This document shows, one piece after another, positions 35,662 through 45,124 of a DNA stretch of 54,782 bases (positions within the stretch are counted from its first letter, which is position 1; every line of letters starts with the position of its first letter). The notes beneath the pieces are model-generated. The model had not been told where the DNA came from and did no database searches. It worked only from the letters and a program-made list of their open reading frames with translations. The DNA comes from an archaeon (lineage in GTDB: Archaea; Nanobdellota; Nanobdellia; Parvarchaeales; Parvarchaeaceae), in the NCBI GenBank assembly GCA_037443005.1, contig JBBIPE010000003.1, positions 1 to 54,782 of the forward strand. The letters are read 5' to 3'. The translations under genes were made by a program, and so were the position numbers.

Positions 35662-36975
35662 TCAGCATGAAGTAGAGAAGTTTATTGAAACGAACTGGCC
35701 CTGTGCAGCACTTCCGCTTGATGGATTCGGACACATAGTTAGAGATACTGCACTGTGACCTTCGTAAATAGTTCCATGCGAATTCGGTACGGAAAAACTG
35801 TAGCTACCTGAAGGTACGGAAAACATTAATGTGTTTCCGCCACCGCTAGAATTTATTTTACTACTTTCAGTCTTTCTATTATATGTAACACTCCATGAGA
35901 AATCAGAAAAGAGGCCAGTCTCTTCAAAAACAGTCCGATCTATTGTGGATGAACTTAGAAGTTGCTCAGGATATGAGTTCACTATCTGCAGGTCATTAAC
36001 TCCGGACTGTACACCAAAAAAAGTGTAAGAACCCCCATATAAACCGAGAAACGGCCTGTTGCTCTGATCAGTAAGCATAAATGAGTGGCCGCCGCAGCTT
36101 ATCGGCATGCATACAATACTGCCAGTACTTATCGCGCCCTCAGATACAAGAGAAGGTAGCTTGGTGCACTGCTGAAATAAAAATTTCTGTGCTTGGTTTG
36201 AATCCGAAACAGCGGTTAAATTTATCTGGTAATAAAAAGGCCCTGCAGTAACAGGAGTTATCTCTATGGTTATATTATTTATATTCTCTTGACACGGCGG
36301 CACAATAGAAAGGGAAACTGTGCCGGATTCATCTGAATATCCAAGGGAGCATGTTGGTAAACCATTGAAATAAACCTGCATATTCACAGTAGTATTGGAG
36401 TACTGGTCTATATCAAATGTATAATCGCTTGGATTTATTTGAGTTTTGGGATTTAGTATTAATGAAAAGCTGCTTGAGGAATTAACTTCAACACCACTTG
36501 TAAGTATTTGGTTGTTTATAGCATCATAGGAAAGGTTACCTGAATTAGGTATCTGGTTCTCCTTCAAAAGATTAAAGTTTATATTGTCCGCAGACGACTG
36601 CTGGAAATAATATTGATTGCCGCTTGAGATCCCAATAGCTGCGGGATTACTTACATTTGCATAACAAAGAGCGTAACCTCCTTCCAGCGATGATAGTGCT
36701 GATGATTTAGGTGAGAATATATTTGAATTTGAACTAAGCACGGAATTGCAGCTAGAGTTATCATAAAACTGAAATACAAATATCTCCGGAGATGAAAACT
36801 GTACATTTGATGCACTCTGAATTGATGTGCATGCTGAACTTGTCATTCCGACAAAAGTATTGTAATAATCTATTGATGTCTTCGGAGCGAAAAATACCGA
36901 ATATTCATATACAACAAAAATAAGTATTATGGCCATCATTATGGCAATCAGTATACCCTCAAGCAGTAGATCCAT
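35662..36975 (-). CDS. S/N/T-rich secreted protein with N-terminal hydrophobic anchor (pilin/adhesin-like)
   Basis: The N-terminus is MDLLLEGILIAIMMAIILIFVV. Composition is polar and Cys-containing. The start lies 1 nt after the upstream gene's stop. Confidence 0.5.
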   Translation of the reverse strand: MDLLLEGILIAIMMAIILIFVVYEYSVFFAPKTSIDYYNTFVGMTSSACTSIQSASNVQFSSPEIFVFQFYDNSSCNSVLSSNSNIFSPKSSALSSLEGGYALCYANVSNPAAIGISSGNQYYFQQSSADNINFNLLKENQIPNSGNLSYDAINNQILTSGVEVNSSSSFSLILNPKTQINPSDYTFDIDQYSNTTVNMQVYFNGLPTCSLGYSDESGTVSLSIVPPCQENINNITIEITPVTAGPFYYQINLTAVSDSNQAQKFLFQQCTKLPSLVSEGAISTGSIVCMPISCGGHSFMLTDQSNRPFLGLYGGSYTFFGVQSGVNDLQIVNSYPEQLLSSSTIDRTVFEETGLFSDFSWSVTYNRKTESSKINSSGGGNTLMFSVPSGSYSFSVPNSHGTIYEGHSAVSLTMCPNPSSGSAAQGQFVSINFSTSC

Positions 36976-36976
36976 A

Positions 36977-37792
36977 TCAGCTTATAGTGAACTTGCACTG
37001 AAGCCCATTACCCCCACTATAACTACATTCCTGGAGTGTTATATAGCCAGGATTACCATATAAAAATGCCACCGGATTACTGCCACATACACCGGAGCAT
37101 GAAGGCGGTATTACACTTATTAATGCCGTTTTATTATTGTAAGTCAATGGAGCGCATGTTATGGTTTTTATATAAGCGCCTGGCTGTCCATATCCATAAT
37201 TAACGGTTGAAGCATTGAAGAAATTAACACATGACTGTGAAAGTGTATTCTGCGGATTTGATGGCGTTATAAAGTAAGACAAAGTTCCTTCCGACCCGCT
37301 TACTCCTGATGCAATCGTGCTTGATTCTGAATTATAATTCCCAACGTCTGGAAACCATGTCGGAAAAGAGGCATTATTAGCTCCTGTTGTAGGAAGAAAG
37401 TTCCATGCCGATTCCGATGTAGTTATAGCTGACGGACTGTAAGTCCCTATACATACAAAGTAAACATTTGAAAGCGTAGATGGATTTGATGGTGAAATTA
37501 GTATAGCTTCCCTAGAAAGCTGGTCGATATAACTGATGCAAGAATCACTTCCGTAGAACTGGCCCATAAATGTATGTTTTGGAAGATTCGGTGTAACCGG
37601 TGGCAGCGCAACGGAGTTACCTGTCTGCATTGCCGTCATGATTGTTGAAACATAAAGCGAAACGGACTCGGAAGATGAGACAACTTTATTTGCTCCTGCG
37701 GTTATTATAAAATAAGCTATTACTGCTATCGGAATAAGTATTATTATAGACAGTATAAATGCAAGGAACTCCGTTATTCCTTTGTTTTTCAT
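36977..37792 (-). CDS. type IV pilin-like (class III signal peptide) secreted protein
   Basis: MKNKG/ITEFLAFILSIIILIPIAV resembles a prepilin-peptidase substrate: basic residues, Gly, then a hydrophobic helix. Confidence 0.5.
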   Translation of the reverse strand: MKNKGITEFLAFILSIIILIPIAVIAYFIITAGANKVVSSSESVSLYVSTIMTAMQTGNSVALPPVTPNLPKHTFMGQFYGSDSCISYIDQLSREAILISPSNPSTLSNVYFVCIGTYSPSAITTSESAWNFLPTTGANNASFPTWFPDVGNYNSESSTIASGVSGSEGTLSYFITPSNPQNTLSQSCVNFFNASTVNYGYGQPGAYIKTITCAPLTYNNKTALISVIPPSCSGVCGSNPVAFLYGNPGYITLQECSYSGGNGLQCKFTIS

Positions 37793-37821
37793 TAAATTTA
37801 TAGCAATTCAAAGAATAAATC

Positions 37822-37989
37822 TTATTTGCTTTTATTTTTTACTGCCCATTTGAATTTTCTAGGGTCTTTCTTCATTATTGTGTATTCCTTGCAGCGTCTG
37901 CTACAGAAATTGTAAACAGTTCCGTCTATCTTGGCATATACCAATCCTGTGCCTTTTTTAATCTCAGAACCACAAAAACTGCATTTCAT
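37822..37989 (-). CDS. rpl24e: ribosomal protein L24e (55 aa, not in the ORF track)
   Basis: My translation is MKCSFCGSEIKKGTGLVYAKIDGTVYNFCSRRCKEYTIMKKDPRKFKWAVKNKSK*. The gene completes the conserved L7Ae-S28e-L24e operon. Confidence 0.85.
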   Translation of the reverse strand: MKCSFCGSEIKKGTGLVYAKIDGTVYNFCSRRCKEYTIMKKDPRKFKWAVKNKSK

Positions 37990-37990
37990 A

Positions 37991-38248
37991 TTATCTTATT
38001 GGCATTGCCTCCATTTCAGTTTCCTTAAGCATTAAGATATCTCCTATGACAACTGGCCCGCGGATATTTCTCCGTATGATCTTGTCCTTATCCATTCCAG
38101 CGAGAACCTTGCACCTAACCTGCGTGACTTCTCCTGCAACGCCGTGTCTACCAACTATCTCTATAACTTCCGAAGGATAAGCATCCATAAACTTCTGTTC
38201 GATGCCTTCTCCTGCCTTTTGCCCAGTCTGCTTCTGCTGTTTTTTCAT
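37991..38248 (-). CDS. rps28e: ribosomal protein S28e
   Basis: [22 protein letters not shown]...[18 protein letters not shown]. Confidence 0.88.
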   Translation of the reverse strand: MKKQQKQTGQKAGEGIEQKFMDAYPSEVIEIVGRHGVAGEVTQVRCKVLAGMDKDKIIRRNIRGPVVIGDILMLKETEMEAMPIR

Positions 38249-38592
38249 AAGTTCTTTATCTTTCCTATTAATTCTTCCATAGCATGAGATTCCTCACCGG
38301 GATTTACTATAGCTATGGCCGAAGTTCCTATACCCATGCCGCACGCCTTGCCTAATTCAACTTTGCTGCTTACTGCAACGCAAGGAACATTCTTATCCTT
38401 TGAAAGAAGCGGGATATGCATTATTATCTCCTTTGGAGAAACATCCTGTGCATAAACAACCAATCTTGCCTGGCCTCTCTCAAGAACCTTTGTAACCTCG
38501 TTTATTCCCTTTTTTATAGAACCGTCTTTTGCTCTTATTCTCTCTATAACAGAGAAAACTTGACTATCTAATCCTTTAGCTTCATCTACCAT
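38245..38592 (-). CDS. rpl7ae: ribosomal protein L7Ae
   Basis: [30 protein letters not shown]...[13 protein letters not shown]. Confidence 0.92.
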   Translation of the reverse strand: MVDEAKGLDSQVFSVIERIRAKDGSIKKGINEVTKVLERGQARLVVYAQDVSPKEIIMHIPLLSKDKNVPCVAVSSKVELGKACGMGIGTSAIAIVNPGEESHAMEELIGKIKNL

Positions 38593-38842
38593 AAATCAGC
38601 TTACCTCCAATTATTATAGCTTTATATGTAAACTTGTATTTATAAATGTGACGTTCCCGCAAAGGCATTCGGATTTGGCCTGTTATTGAGAGTATATCTC
38701 AAGTTATTTATTACTGTCTATTTTGAGGTACTGCCGAAATATCCTTATATTTACTGGTAAAATGTAAAGTTTATTCTTTATTAAGGATAAAATGCAAAGC
38801 TGGAAAAAAGCTTAAATACTCACGGAAGTTCTTAATAGGAAT

Positions 38843-39151
38843 ATGCAAAAAGCCAGGATAAAATTGACATCCACTGACGCAGAGAAGCTAGAGGTAGTAT
38901 GCAATGATATAATTGAGATATCAAAGAAATTAGGTACTGCAATATCCGGTCCAATACCTTTTCCGACTAAGAAAATAAAAGTTACGACCAGGAGAGCACC
39001 GAATGGCGCCGGCAGAGAAAGCTATGAAACATGGGAATTAAGACTGCATAAAAGAGTTATAGACATGCAAGCCGATCCAAAAGCACTGCATCTTATAATG
39101 AAAACTGCCGTTCCAAAAGAAGTAAACATAGAAATGGAAATAAAAGAGTAG
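38843..39151 (+). CDS. rps10: ribosomal protein S10 (uS10)
   Basis: MQKARIKLTSTD...GPIPFPTKKIKVTTRRAPNG...WELRLHKRVID. Confidence 0.92.
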   Translation: MQKARIKLTSTDAEKLEVVCNDIIEISKKLGTAISGPIPFPTKKIKVTTRRAPNGAGRESYETWELRLHKRVIDMQADPKALHLIMKTAVPKEVNIEMEIKE

Positions 39152-39221
39152 TAATTTTTATATTTCTGGGATATAGTGCAGAATTAACATTATAATATAC
39201 TGGATTTTACTATTATATGAT

Positions 39222-39929
39222 ATGGACCAGATGCATGAAAACGGGCAGAAACTAGTAGTTGCCGCGATAGTTCTTTTAATGATTTTTGTGATAATAACAG
39301 TTTTGATATCAGAGGATGAAAGGATAGGTTTTTTATCAGCCGTTTCTGCGGTTGGAATAGCGCTTGAGACATTTCATTTTGATTCCAATTTTGGTATACT
39401 GCTTCTTTTCTTCTCGCTTTTTTTGGGTGTTTTTGCGGTTTACCTTTTGGAATTTATGGTATCTTTTGTGAGAAACGAGTTTGGAGGTGTTATCTATATG
39501 GCAAAGGGACTTAGATTCAGGAACCACTACATAATATGTGGTGGCGGCAGGATAGGAGAGAGGGTCGCAAGCCTTCTCAAGGAAAAGGGGAAAAAGGTTC
39601 TTATAATCGAGAATGACGATGTAAGATCGATGGAGCTGAAGAAGCTCGGCTTCAATGTGATAAGGGAGAACGCCCTTGATGAGCGTACATTTAAGATGGC
39701 AAATGCACAGAGAGCCATCGGTTTATTTGCTGCCCTTGGGCAGGATGTGGACAATTTCATTGTTGTCCTGAACGCAAAGGAAGCAAATAAAACAATTAAA
39801 ATAATAACAAGATGCAATATGCTGAAAAACGTGAATAAATTCAAGGAGCTTGGCGCAGATGAGGTTGTGTTGCCAGAGATAGTGGGAGCAGACAGGATGG
39901 TCTATCTTTCAGATAAACATGAAAAGTGA
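39222..39929 (+). CDS. membrane-anchored TrkA-N/RCK (NAD-binding) domain protein
   Basis: N-terminal TM spans are followed by IICGGGRIGERVA (a Rossmann GxGxxG motif). No GYG pore signature was seen. Confidence 0.6.
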   Translation: MDQMHENGQKLVVAAIVLLMIFVIITVLISEDERIGFLSAVSAVGIALETFHFDSNFGILLLFFSLFLGVFAVYLLEFMVSFVRNEFGGVIYMAKGLRFRNHYIICGGGRIGERVASLLKEKGKKVLIIENDDVRSMELKKLGFNVIRENALDERTFKMANAQRAIGLFAALGQDVDNFIVVLNAKEANKTIKIITRCNMLKNVNKFKELGADEVVLPEIVGADRMVYLSDKHEK

Positions 39930-40380
39930 TTACTTCAAAAGGTTTTCCTTCCTTGTGGAGAGATACCCTATAGAGGTTTTTACATTTGAGATACTGTTAG
40001 GGATAATCATAGAACCTACATTCAGATTCGCTTTCCTCCTTTTTGCAGGAGTTTTTCTGACTGCAACGGTATCAGAGTCAATGAAGTTTATTTTCAAGGA
40101 GAAAAGACCCGAAGAGGCACTTAGGAGGGATTTTTACAAAAAAAACTTTAAGTTGAACAGAAGGAGCTTCCCTTCCAGTCATTCTGCAGTTGTGGCGTTC
40201 TTTCCAACCGTGTTTTTTGGCAGCATCCTTTTTATCCCGTTCCTTTTATTCGCGCTGCTTGTGATGTACAGCAGGCTGTACATAAAATCCCATCATCCAA
40301 GAGATGTTATTGCAGGAGCTTTTCTTGGGGTATTTATCGGCTTGTTTCTAGTTTACCTTATAGATAATTTAAGGATATAA
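39919..40380 (+). CDS. PAP2-family phosphatase
   Basis: All three PAP2 motifs are present: KEKRPEE, PSSHS, SRLYIKSHHPRDV. Confidence 0.75.
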   Translation: MKSDYFKRFSFLVERYPIEVFTFEILLGIIIEPTFRFAFLLFAGVFLTATVSESMKFIFKEKRPEEALRRDFYKKNFKLNRRSFPSSHSAVVAFFPTVFFGSILFIPFLLFALLVMYSRLYIKSHHPRDVIAGAFLGVFIGLFLVYLIDNLRI

Positions 40381-40443
40381 ACTCAAAAAGTTTAATAACA
40401 TCAAAGCATAAAATGTAGTTATTGAACGTGTTTTGGTGATATT

Positions 40444-42474
40444 ATGAAAAATGAACTTGATGAGATAATAAGCAATTTTGTAACCAAAAGGCTTTCGGAC
40501 AGAATAAAAGAGGTTCTTACAACAAACAAAGATGCAATTGTCCTTGATTTCAATGATATAGACCAGTTCTCCCCAGAGCTTGGCGACAAATTACTAAAGG
40601 AGCCGGAGGAGACGCTTGACACGATAAAATTCTTCGTAAATGAGATATCGATTCCGCATAAGAGCCTTGATATAGAGATAAGAGTGAAAAACCTCCCGAA
40701 GAACGCACAGATGCTTATAAGGGAGATAAGAAGCAAACATATAGGCCTTTTCATACAGATGCAGGGTTTAATAAAAACAGCAGCCAGCGTAAGGCCAGTT
40801 GCGAGCGCTATAGATTTCGAATGCCAAAGCTGCGGGCATATAACAAAGGTCGAGCAGAAGGAGATGACGCAGAAGGGCCCTTCAATCTGCACAAACTGTG
40901 GAAAAAAAGGAAAATTCAAAATTGTCAAAAAGTATCTGGTGGACACACAGAGGATAATGCTTGAAGAAGCGCCTGAGGATTTAGAAGGCGGAGAACAGCC
41001 GGAGCATATAAATGTAGTGCTGAAAAAGGATCTTGTAGACCCTAAATTTGAAAGGAATATAATACCTGGAAATAAAGTCATAGTTTCGGGAGTAGTCAAC
41101 GAGAATGCAATATATTATCCTAGCGGCAAGAGATCAAACACCTCAGACACATTTATACTAGCATCATTTGTAGAGGCCGTAGAGCAGGGCTATGAAGATA
41201 TAGTTGTCACAAAAGAGGAGGAGCTGGCCATAAGGGAGCTGGCAAATGATAAGATGATATACAACAAATTCAAGGGCTCCATCGCCCCAAATATATACGG
41301 GCATGACAACATAAAAGAAGCGATAGTATTGCAGCTTTTTGGAGGTGTGAGGAAAATAGCTGAGATGGGAAACAGCGTTATAAGAGGAGATATACATATA
41401 CTTCTTGTTGGAGACCCAGGTACATCAAAAAGCTCGATTCTAAAATATATCACCGGAATAGCACCTAAGGCAAGATACGTTGTCGGAATGGGGTCAAGTG
41501 CAGCAGGCTTGACTGCAACCATAATAAAAGATGACCAGACAAGAAGCTATATACTTGAAGCCGGTGCCCTTCCACTTACAAATAAAGGACTGTTGATGAT
41601 AGATGAGCTTGACAAGATGAACAAAGATGATAGAGTGGCAATGCATGAGGCACTAGAGCAGCAGACAATAAGTATATCGAAAGCCAATATACATGCAACG
41701 CTTACCGCACAGACAAGTGTTCTTGCAGCAGCAAACCCTAAGTTCGGCCGATTCAATCCGTTTGATGTTATATCCTCACAGATAGAGCTGCCCCCTACTC
41801 TTATAAACCGTTTTGATCTTATCTTTATATTAAAGGACAGACCGGACAAAGAGATTGACGCCCTTGTAGCGCAGAGAATATTAGAGGCAAACAGAGACAT
41901 AAACAAGAACAAGCCTGAGATACCGCCAAACATAATGAAAAAGTATATTGCTTACGCAAAGCAGAACGTAAAACCAAAACTATCCGTGGAGGCTATGAAG
42001 ATAATAGAAGAGTTTTATCTTAAATTAAGATTGCAGTACTCTAATGAAGGAGAGGAAGTAAAACCGATACCTATATCGGCAAGACAGCTTGAGGCAGTAG
42101 TCAGGCTAACAGAAGCCAGCGCAAAGGTAAGACTGTCGAGTTACGCAACAGCGGAGGATGCCAAAAGGGCTTTGGATCTTATGATGTCATATCTCGGTGA
42201 TGTCGGCGTGGACAGCAGCACAGGGGAACTTGACATTGACAGAATTATAACAGGAATACCGTCTTCGCAGAGAAACGCAGTGTTTACTGTGAAGGCAATG
42301 ATAAAAAGTGAGACAGATGCGATGCCTATGGGAAGCTCTGTTCCACTTTCAAAAATATATGAGGACGCAGAAAAAGCAGGTATAGACACTGATAAAGTGG
42401 ACTCGGTAATATCCGTGCTTAAGAGGGAAGGGGAGATATTTGAACCTAAGCCGTCGTTCATAAAACTTCTTTGA
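40444..42474 (+). CDS. mcm: MCM replicative helicase
   Basis: The product has a zinc motif (CQSCGH...CTNCG), Walker A (GDPGTSKS), Walker B (IDELDKM) and an arginine finger region (SRFDL-like, NRFDLIF). Confidence 0.93.
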   Translation: MKNELDEIISNFVTKRLSDRIKEVLTTNKDAIVLDFNDIDQFSPELGDKLLKEPEETLDTIKFFVNEISIPHKSLDIEIRVKNLPKNAQMLIREIRSKHIGLFIQMQGLIKTAASVRPVASAIDFECQSCGHITKVEQKEMTQKGPSICTNCGKKGKFKIVKKYLVDTQRIMLEEAPEDLEGGEQPEHINVVLKKDLVDPKFERNIIPGNKVIVSGVVNENAIYYPSGKRSNTSDTFILASFVEAVEQGYEDIVVTKEEELAIRELANDKMIYNKFKGSIAPNIYGHDNIKEAIVLQLFGGVRKIAEMGNSVIRGDIHILLVGDPGTSKSSILKYITGIAPKARYVVGMGSSAAGLTATIIKDDQTRSYILEAGALPLTNKGLLMIDELDKMNKDDRVAMHEALEQQTISISKANIHATLTAQTSVLAAANPKFGRFNPFDVISSQIELPPTLINRFDLIFILKDRPDKEIDALVAQRILEANRDINKNKPEIPPNIMKKYIAYAKQNVKPKLSVEAMKIIEEFYLKLRLQYSNEGEEVKPIPISARQLEAVVRLTEASAKVRLSSYATAEDAKRALDLMMSYLGDVGVDSSTGELDIDRIITGIPSSQRNAVFTVKAMIKSETDAMPMGSSVPLSKIYEDAEKAGIDTDKVDSVISVLKREGEIFEPKPSFIKLL

Positions 42475-42475
42475 T

Positions 42476-42880
42476 ATGGACTACACTTATTTTATGCTGC
42501 CTTTGAGTATATTGAAAGACGCGGAGAAGGGAAGCGATGGCAGCGGAAGCTTCATTATCCATGGACAGGCAAAAATTTACAGAATGCACTTAGTAGGGTC
42601 AATTGCCGCGATCGAGATAAACGCAGAAACAAAAGGAGGTTATCTTATACTTGATGATACTTTTTCAACGGTATTGGTCCACTTTCAGAGTAGCTTATTC
42701 AGGAATATAGACAGATTTAAGAAAGGGGATTTAGTAGAGGTGATTGGGGACATAGACACATATAATGAGACAGTTACAGTGAGCATGACAAACATAAAAA
42801 AGATAAACCTTGACAGGTACTGCTTCAACAAGATTGAAAGCATAAAAAACCTGATAGTATTAGATAAAGATGGAATATGA
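42476..42880 (+). CDS. OB-fold nucleic-acid-binding protein (RPA32 / RPA-associated-like)
   Basis: LVGSIAAIEINAETKGGYLILDDTFSTVLVHF...GDLVEVIGDID follows the OB pattern. The start lies 1 nt after the mcm stop. Confidence 0.45.
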   Translation: MDYTYFMLPLSILKDAEKGSDGSGSFIIHGQAKIYRMHLVGSIAAIEINAETKGGYLILDDTFSTVLVHFQSSLFRNIDRFKKGDLVEVIGDIDTYNETVTVSMTNIKKINLDRYCFNKIESIKNLIVLDKDGI

Positions 42881-43271
42881 TGATCTTGTAAATAAAATAT
42901 TAAAAGAGAAAAAGGAAAACAAGGCAGATAGATTCAATCCACCTGAAGTAGATGCACAGCAGGTTGGGCAGAGAACTGTTGTATTCCTTGAAAAACTTTC
43001 GAAATATATAAACAGGCCGGTTAACCATATCTCAAAATACCTTATGCATGAGCTTACCGCTTCCGGACAGATAGATGAAGGCGGGAAGGTGACTCTTGGT
43101 GGAAGATTCTCAAGGAAGATGGTAAATGACAAAATAAAACAGTACATAAAGGAGTTTGTAGTCTGCAAACAGTGCGGTTCACCGGATACTCAGATGAGTA
43201 AAGTCGACAAGAACTACTTTGTGAAATGTCTGGGCTGTGGAGCGGAATACCCTGTTGGAAGAATAAAGTAA
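42870..43271 (+). CDS. eif2b: translation initiation factor aIF2 beta
   Basis: A C-terminal zinc ribbon VVCKQCGSPDT...VKCLGCGAEY is present, and the length is typical. Confidence 0.9.
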   Translation: MEYDDLVNKILKEKKENKADRFNPPEVDAQQVGQRTVVFLEKLSKYINRPVNHISKYLMHELTASGQIDEGGKVTLGGRFSRKMVNDKIKQYIKEFVVCKQCGSPDTQMSKVDKNYFVKCLGCGAEYPVGRIK

Positions 43272-43577
43272 ATGGAATTTTCAATGTTGATACATGAAAA
43301 AGGTACGCAGAACGAGATAATCGCGGCATGCGACAGTGAGCTTATAGGGATGACAATAAGCGATGAAGAAAAGGAGATAGAATTCACTGTATCCCCTGAA
43401 TTCTATGGAAACGAGAAACTCAAATGGGAGGATATCAGAGAAAAGATAATCAATGGGAGAAATGTAAATATAATTGGAAATGAGATTATTGATATGGCAG
43501 TAAAAGACGGAATTATAAACCCGTCAAACACAATAGAGATCAACGGCGTAAAGCATGCCCAGATATACGCAATCTGA
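43272..43577 (+). CDS. DUF424-family protein
   Basis: IIAACDSELIGM matches the family's AaCDeeLlG core. The start follows the eif2b stop with no gap. Confidence 0.55.
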   Translation: MEFSMLIHEKGTQNEIIAACDSELIGMTISDEEKEIEFTVSPEFYGNEKLKWEDIREKIINGRNVNIIGNEIIDMAVKDGIINPSNTIEINGVKHAQIYAI

Positions 43578-43616
43578 GTAAACATTTATAACCTATAAAA
43601 TCACATTCTTAATATT

Positions 43617-43910
43617 ATGACAGAAGTCCCTAGATTTAGATATCCTAAAAACGATGAAATGCTTGGTTATGTAAACCAGATGCTAGGATTCGGCAGGATG
43701 TATGTTAAGTGTGCAGATGACAAGATAAGACTATGCCAGGTAAAGGGAAGCCTGAGCAGGTACCTCTGGATAAATGAAGGTGACATAGTCTTAATAAAAC
43801 CATGGCAAGTAGAGCATGAAAAGAAGGCCGACGTTCTTTACAAATACAGAAAAAATGAGTGGGATTCACTCAAGGCAAAGGGCTATCTCAAGGACAGCCT
43901 CCTTAACTGA
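43617..43910 (+). CDS. eif1a: translation initiation factor aIF1A
   Basis: An S1-like OB fold: GYVNQMLGFGRMYVKCADDKIRLCQVKGSL...GDIVLIKPW. Confidence 0.9.
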   Translation: MTEVPRFRYPKNDEMLGYVNQMLGFGRMYVKCADDKIRLCQVKGSLSRYLWINEGDIVLIKPWQVEHEKKADVLYKYRKNEWDSLKAKGYLKDSLLN

Positions 43911-44334
43911 GTTTTATTCCACTTTCTGATATAAGCTTTGAAAAGAAATTAAGGGTATACTGCTGTTTTTCCGCGGAAATCTCTCCAGCATAAAAAATCT
44001 TTACGCTGCTAACGCTGTCTGAAATCAGACATCTGTACGGCAGATGTATGTTAAAGTACTTGCTGTCAACAGTGTATTCAGCGTTGATTGTTATTTCCGA
44101 GCTTTTAGTGTAAAGCTTTATTGACGTTATATTTATGTTGCCCGCTGCAGATTTTTGAAGATCCACATAAGTACCTGCGGCAGTGCATGAAAAACCGGTC
44201 ACTGAAAGAGGCTGCGGATTGATACTTACTATACCACTGCCGACAAGAACTGAAAATATTACAACAAGGAGTATAACAAGGAACAGGAGAAAGATAGAAA
44301 GTAAGTATAATGCATCCAGTCTGTTTCTTTTCAT
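43903..44334 (-). CDS. small secreted/anchored protein (pilin-like N-terminus)
   Basis: MKRNRLDALYLLSIFLLFLVILLVVIF is followed by a beta-rich domain. Confidence 0.4.
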   Translation of the reverse strand: MKRNRLDALYLLSIFLLFLVILLVVIFSVLVGSGIVSINPQPLSVTGFSCTAAGTYVDLQKSAAGNINITSIKLYTKSSEITINAEYTVDSKYFNIHLPYRCLISDSVSSVKIFYAGEISAEKQQYTLNFFSKLISESGIKLS

Positions 44335-44375
44335 TAGGATAGTAGTTTATTGTAGGATAAAAGTATTCAACTATA

Positions 44376-45122
44376 TCATGCTTTTTCAGATATTACTTTT
44401 ACCTCATTCTCCAGAACTGAGATAGCTTCGGAGAATATGTCCTTTACGCTGAGCTGACCCCAGCTTTCTATCCCAAATATTATCTTATCCGCTTCCGATG
44501 ATACGCTTATTATATCCGAGCCTGCATAATCCTCACATGCTTTGCAGAGTATGCACTCGGAAAGCTTCCCTTTCTTGACTGAAAGAGTATCCTTTTCACC
44601 CTCAAGTATATCAACCGGGCATAGAGAAGCTATCTTTGAAGCTCCCTTTACCTTACTGTTTGGTATTGTTATCTTAGGATAAAAATGGTAAAAGACATGC
44701 GCAGGCGTAAATTTGGAATGCTCAGCACCATTGCCCCACATTGTTTCTGCATCAAGCCATATCGATTCTCCCTCTTTTAGGTTTATTATCAACATATCCG
44801 GTATCGCAGGTACTACATCCTTGTCTGATGGAACAAGATCAGAGGCGTGAACCGCTTTCGGCCCCATCTCCTTAAGTTTGAATGAGAATTTGCCCTTACC
44901 CTTCAGTTCTATTGGCGTTTTCAGAGGTATAAGCCCAAGCCTTGCAGCCAAAACATCATCATACATCCAGCTAGTGTTTTTGTAAACAGTTACATCCTCT
45001 ATTGCAAGTGTCATAACACCGTTTATTATAGTCCTTCTTATCGCGTTTGCAAGTCCTATACTGCAGTCCTTAAGCAGCAGCGTTGCCTCATTTTCCTTTT
45101 CCTCAAGCACTTCGACTTTCAT
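44376..45122 (-). CDS. rpoD: DNA-directed RNA polymerase subunit D (Rpo3)
   Basis: GLANAIRRTIINGV, and a ferredoxin-like Cys cluster CPVD...CILCKAC. The start is set at MKVEVLEE, 2 nt after the rps11 stop; the ORF track extends to 45164. Confidence 0.88.
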   Translation of the reverse strand: MKVEVLEEKENEATLLLKDCSIGLANAIRRTIINGVMTLAIEDVTVYKNTSWMYDDVLAARLGLIPLKTPIELKGKGKFSFKLKEMGPKAVHASDLVPSDKDVVPAIPDMLIINLKEGESIWLDAETMWGNGAEHSKFTPAHVFYHFYPKITIPNSKVKGASKIASLCPVDILEGEKDTLSVKKGKLSECILCKACEDYAGSDIISVSSEADKIIFGIESWGQLSVKDIFSEAISVLENEVKVISEKA

Positions 45123-45124
45123 AT

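Noticed and set aside
38593-38842. Search for a C/D-box sRNA or kink-turn element in the spacer next to rpl7ae
   Set aside because: I found no convincing RUGAUGA / CUGA box pair with appropriate spacing.
40419-41099. 226-aa ORF antisense to mcm, with further antisense ORFs at 41164-42461
   Set aside because: It lies entirely inside a confidently identified gene on the other strand. Its S/F/I/L-rich low-complexity composition is typical of shadow ORFs in AT-rich genomes.
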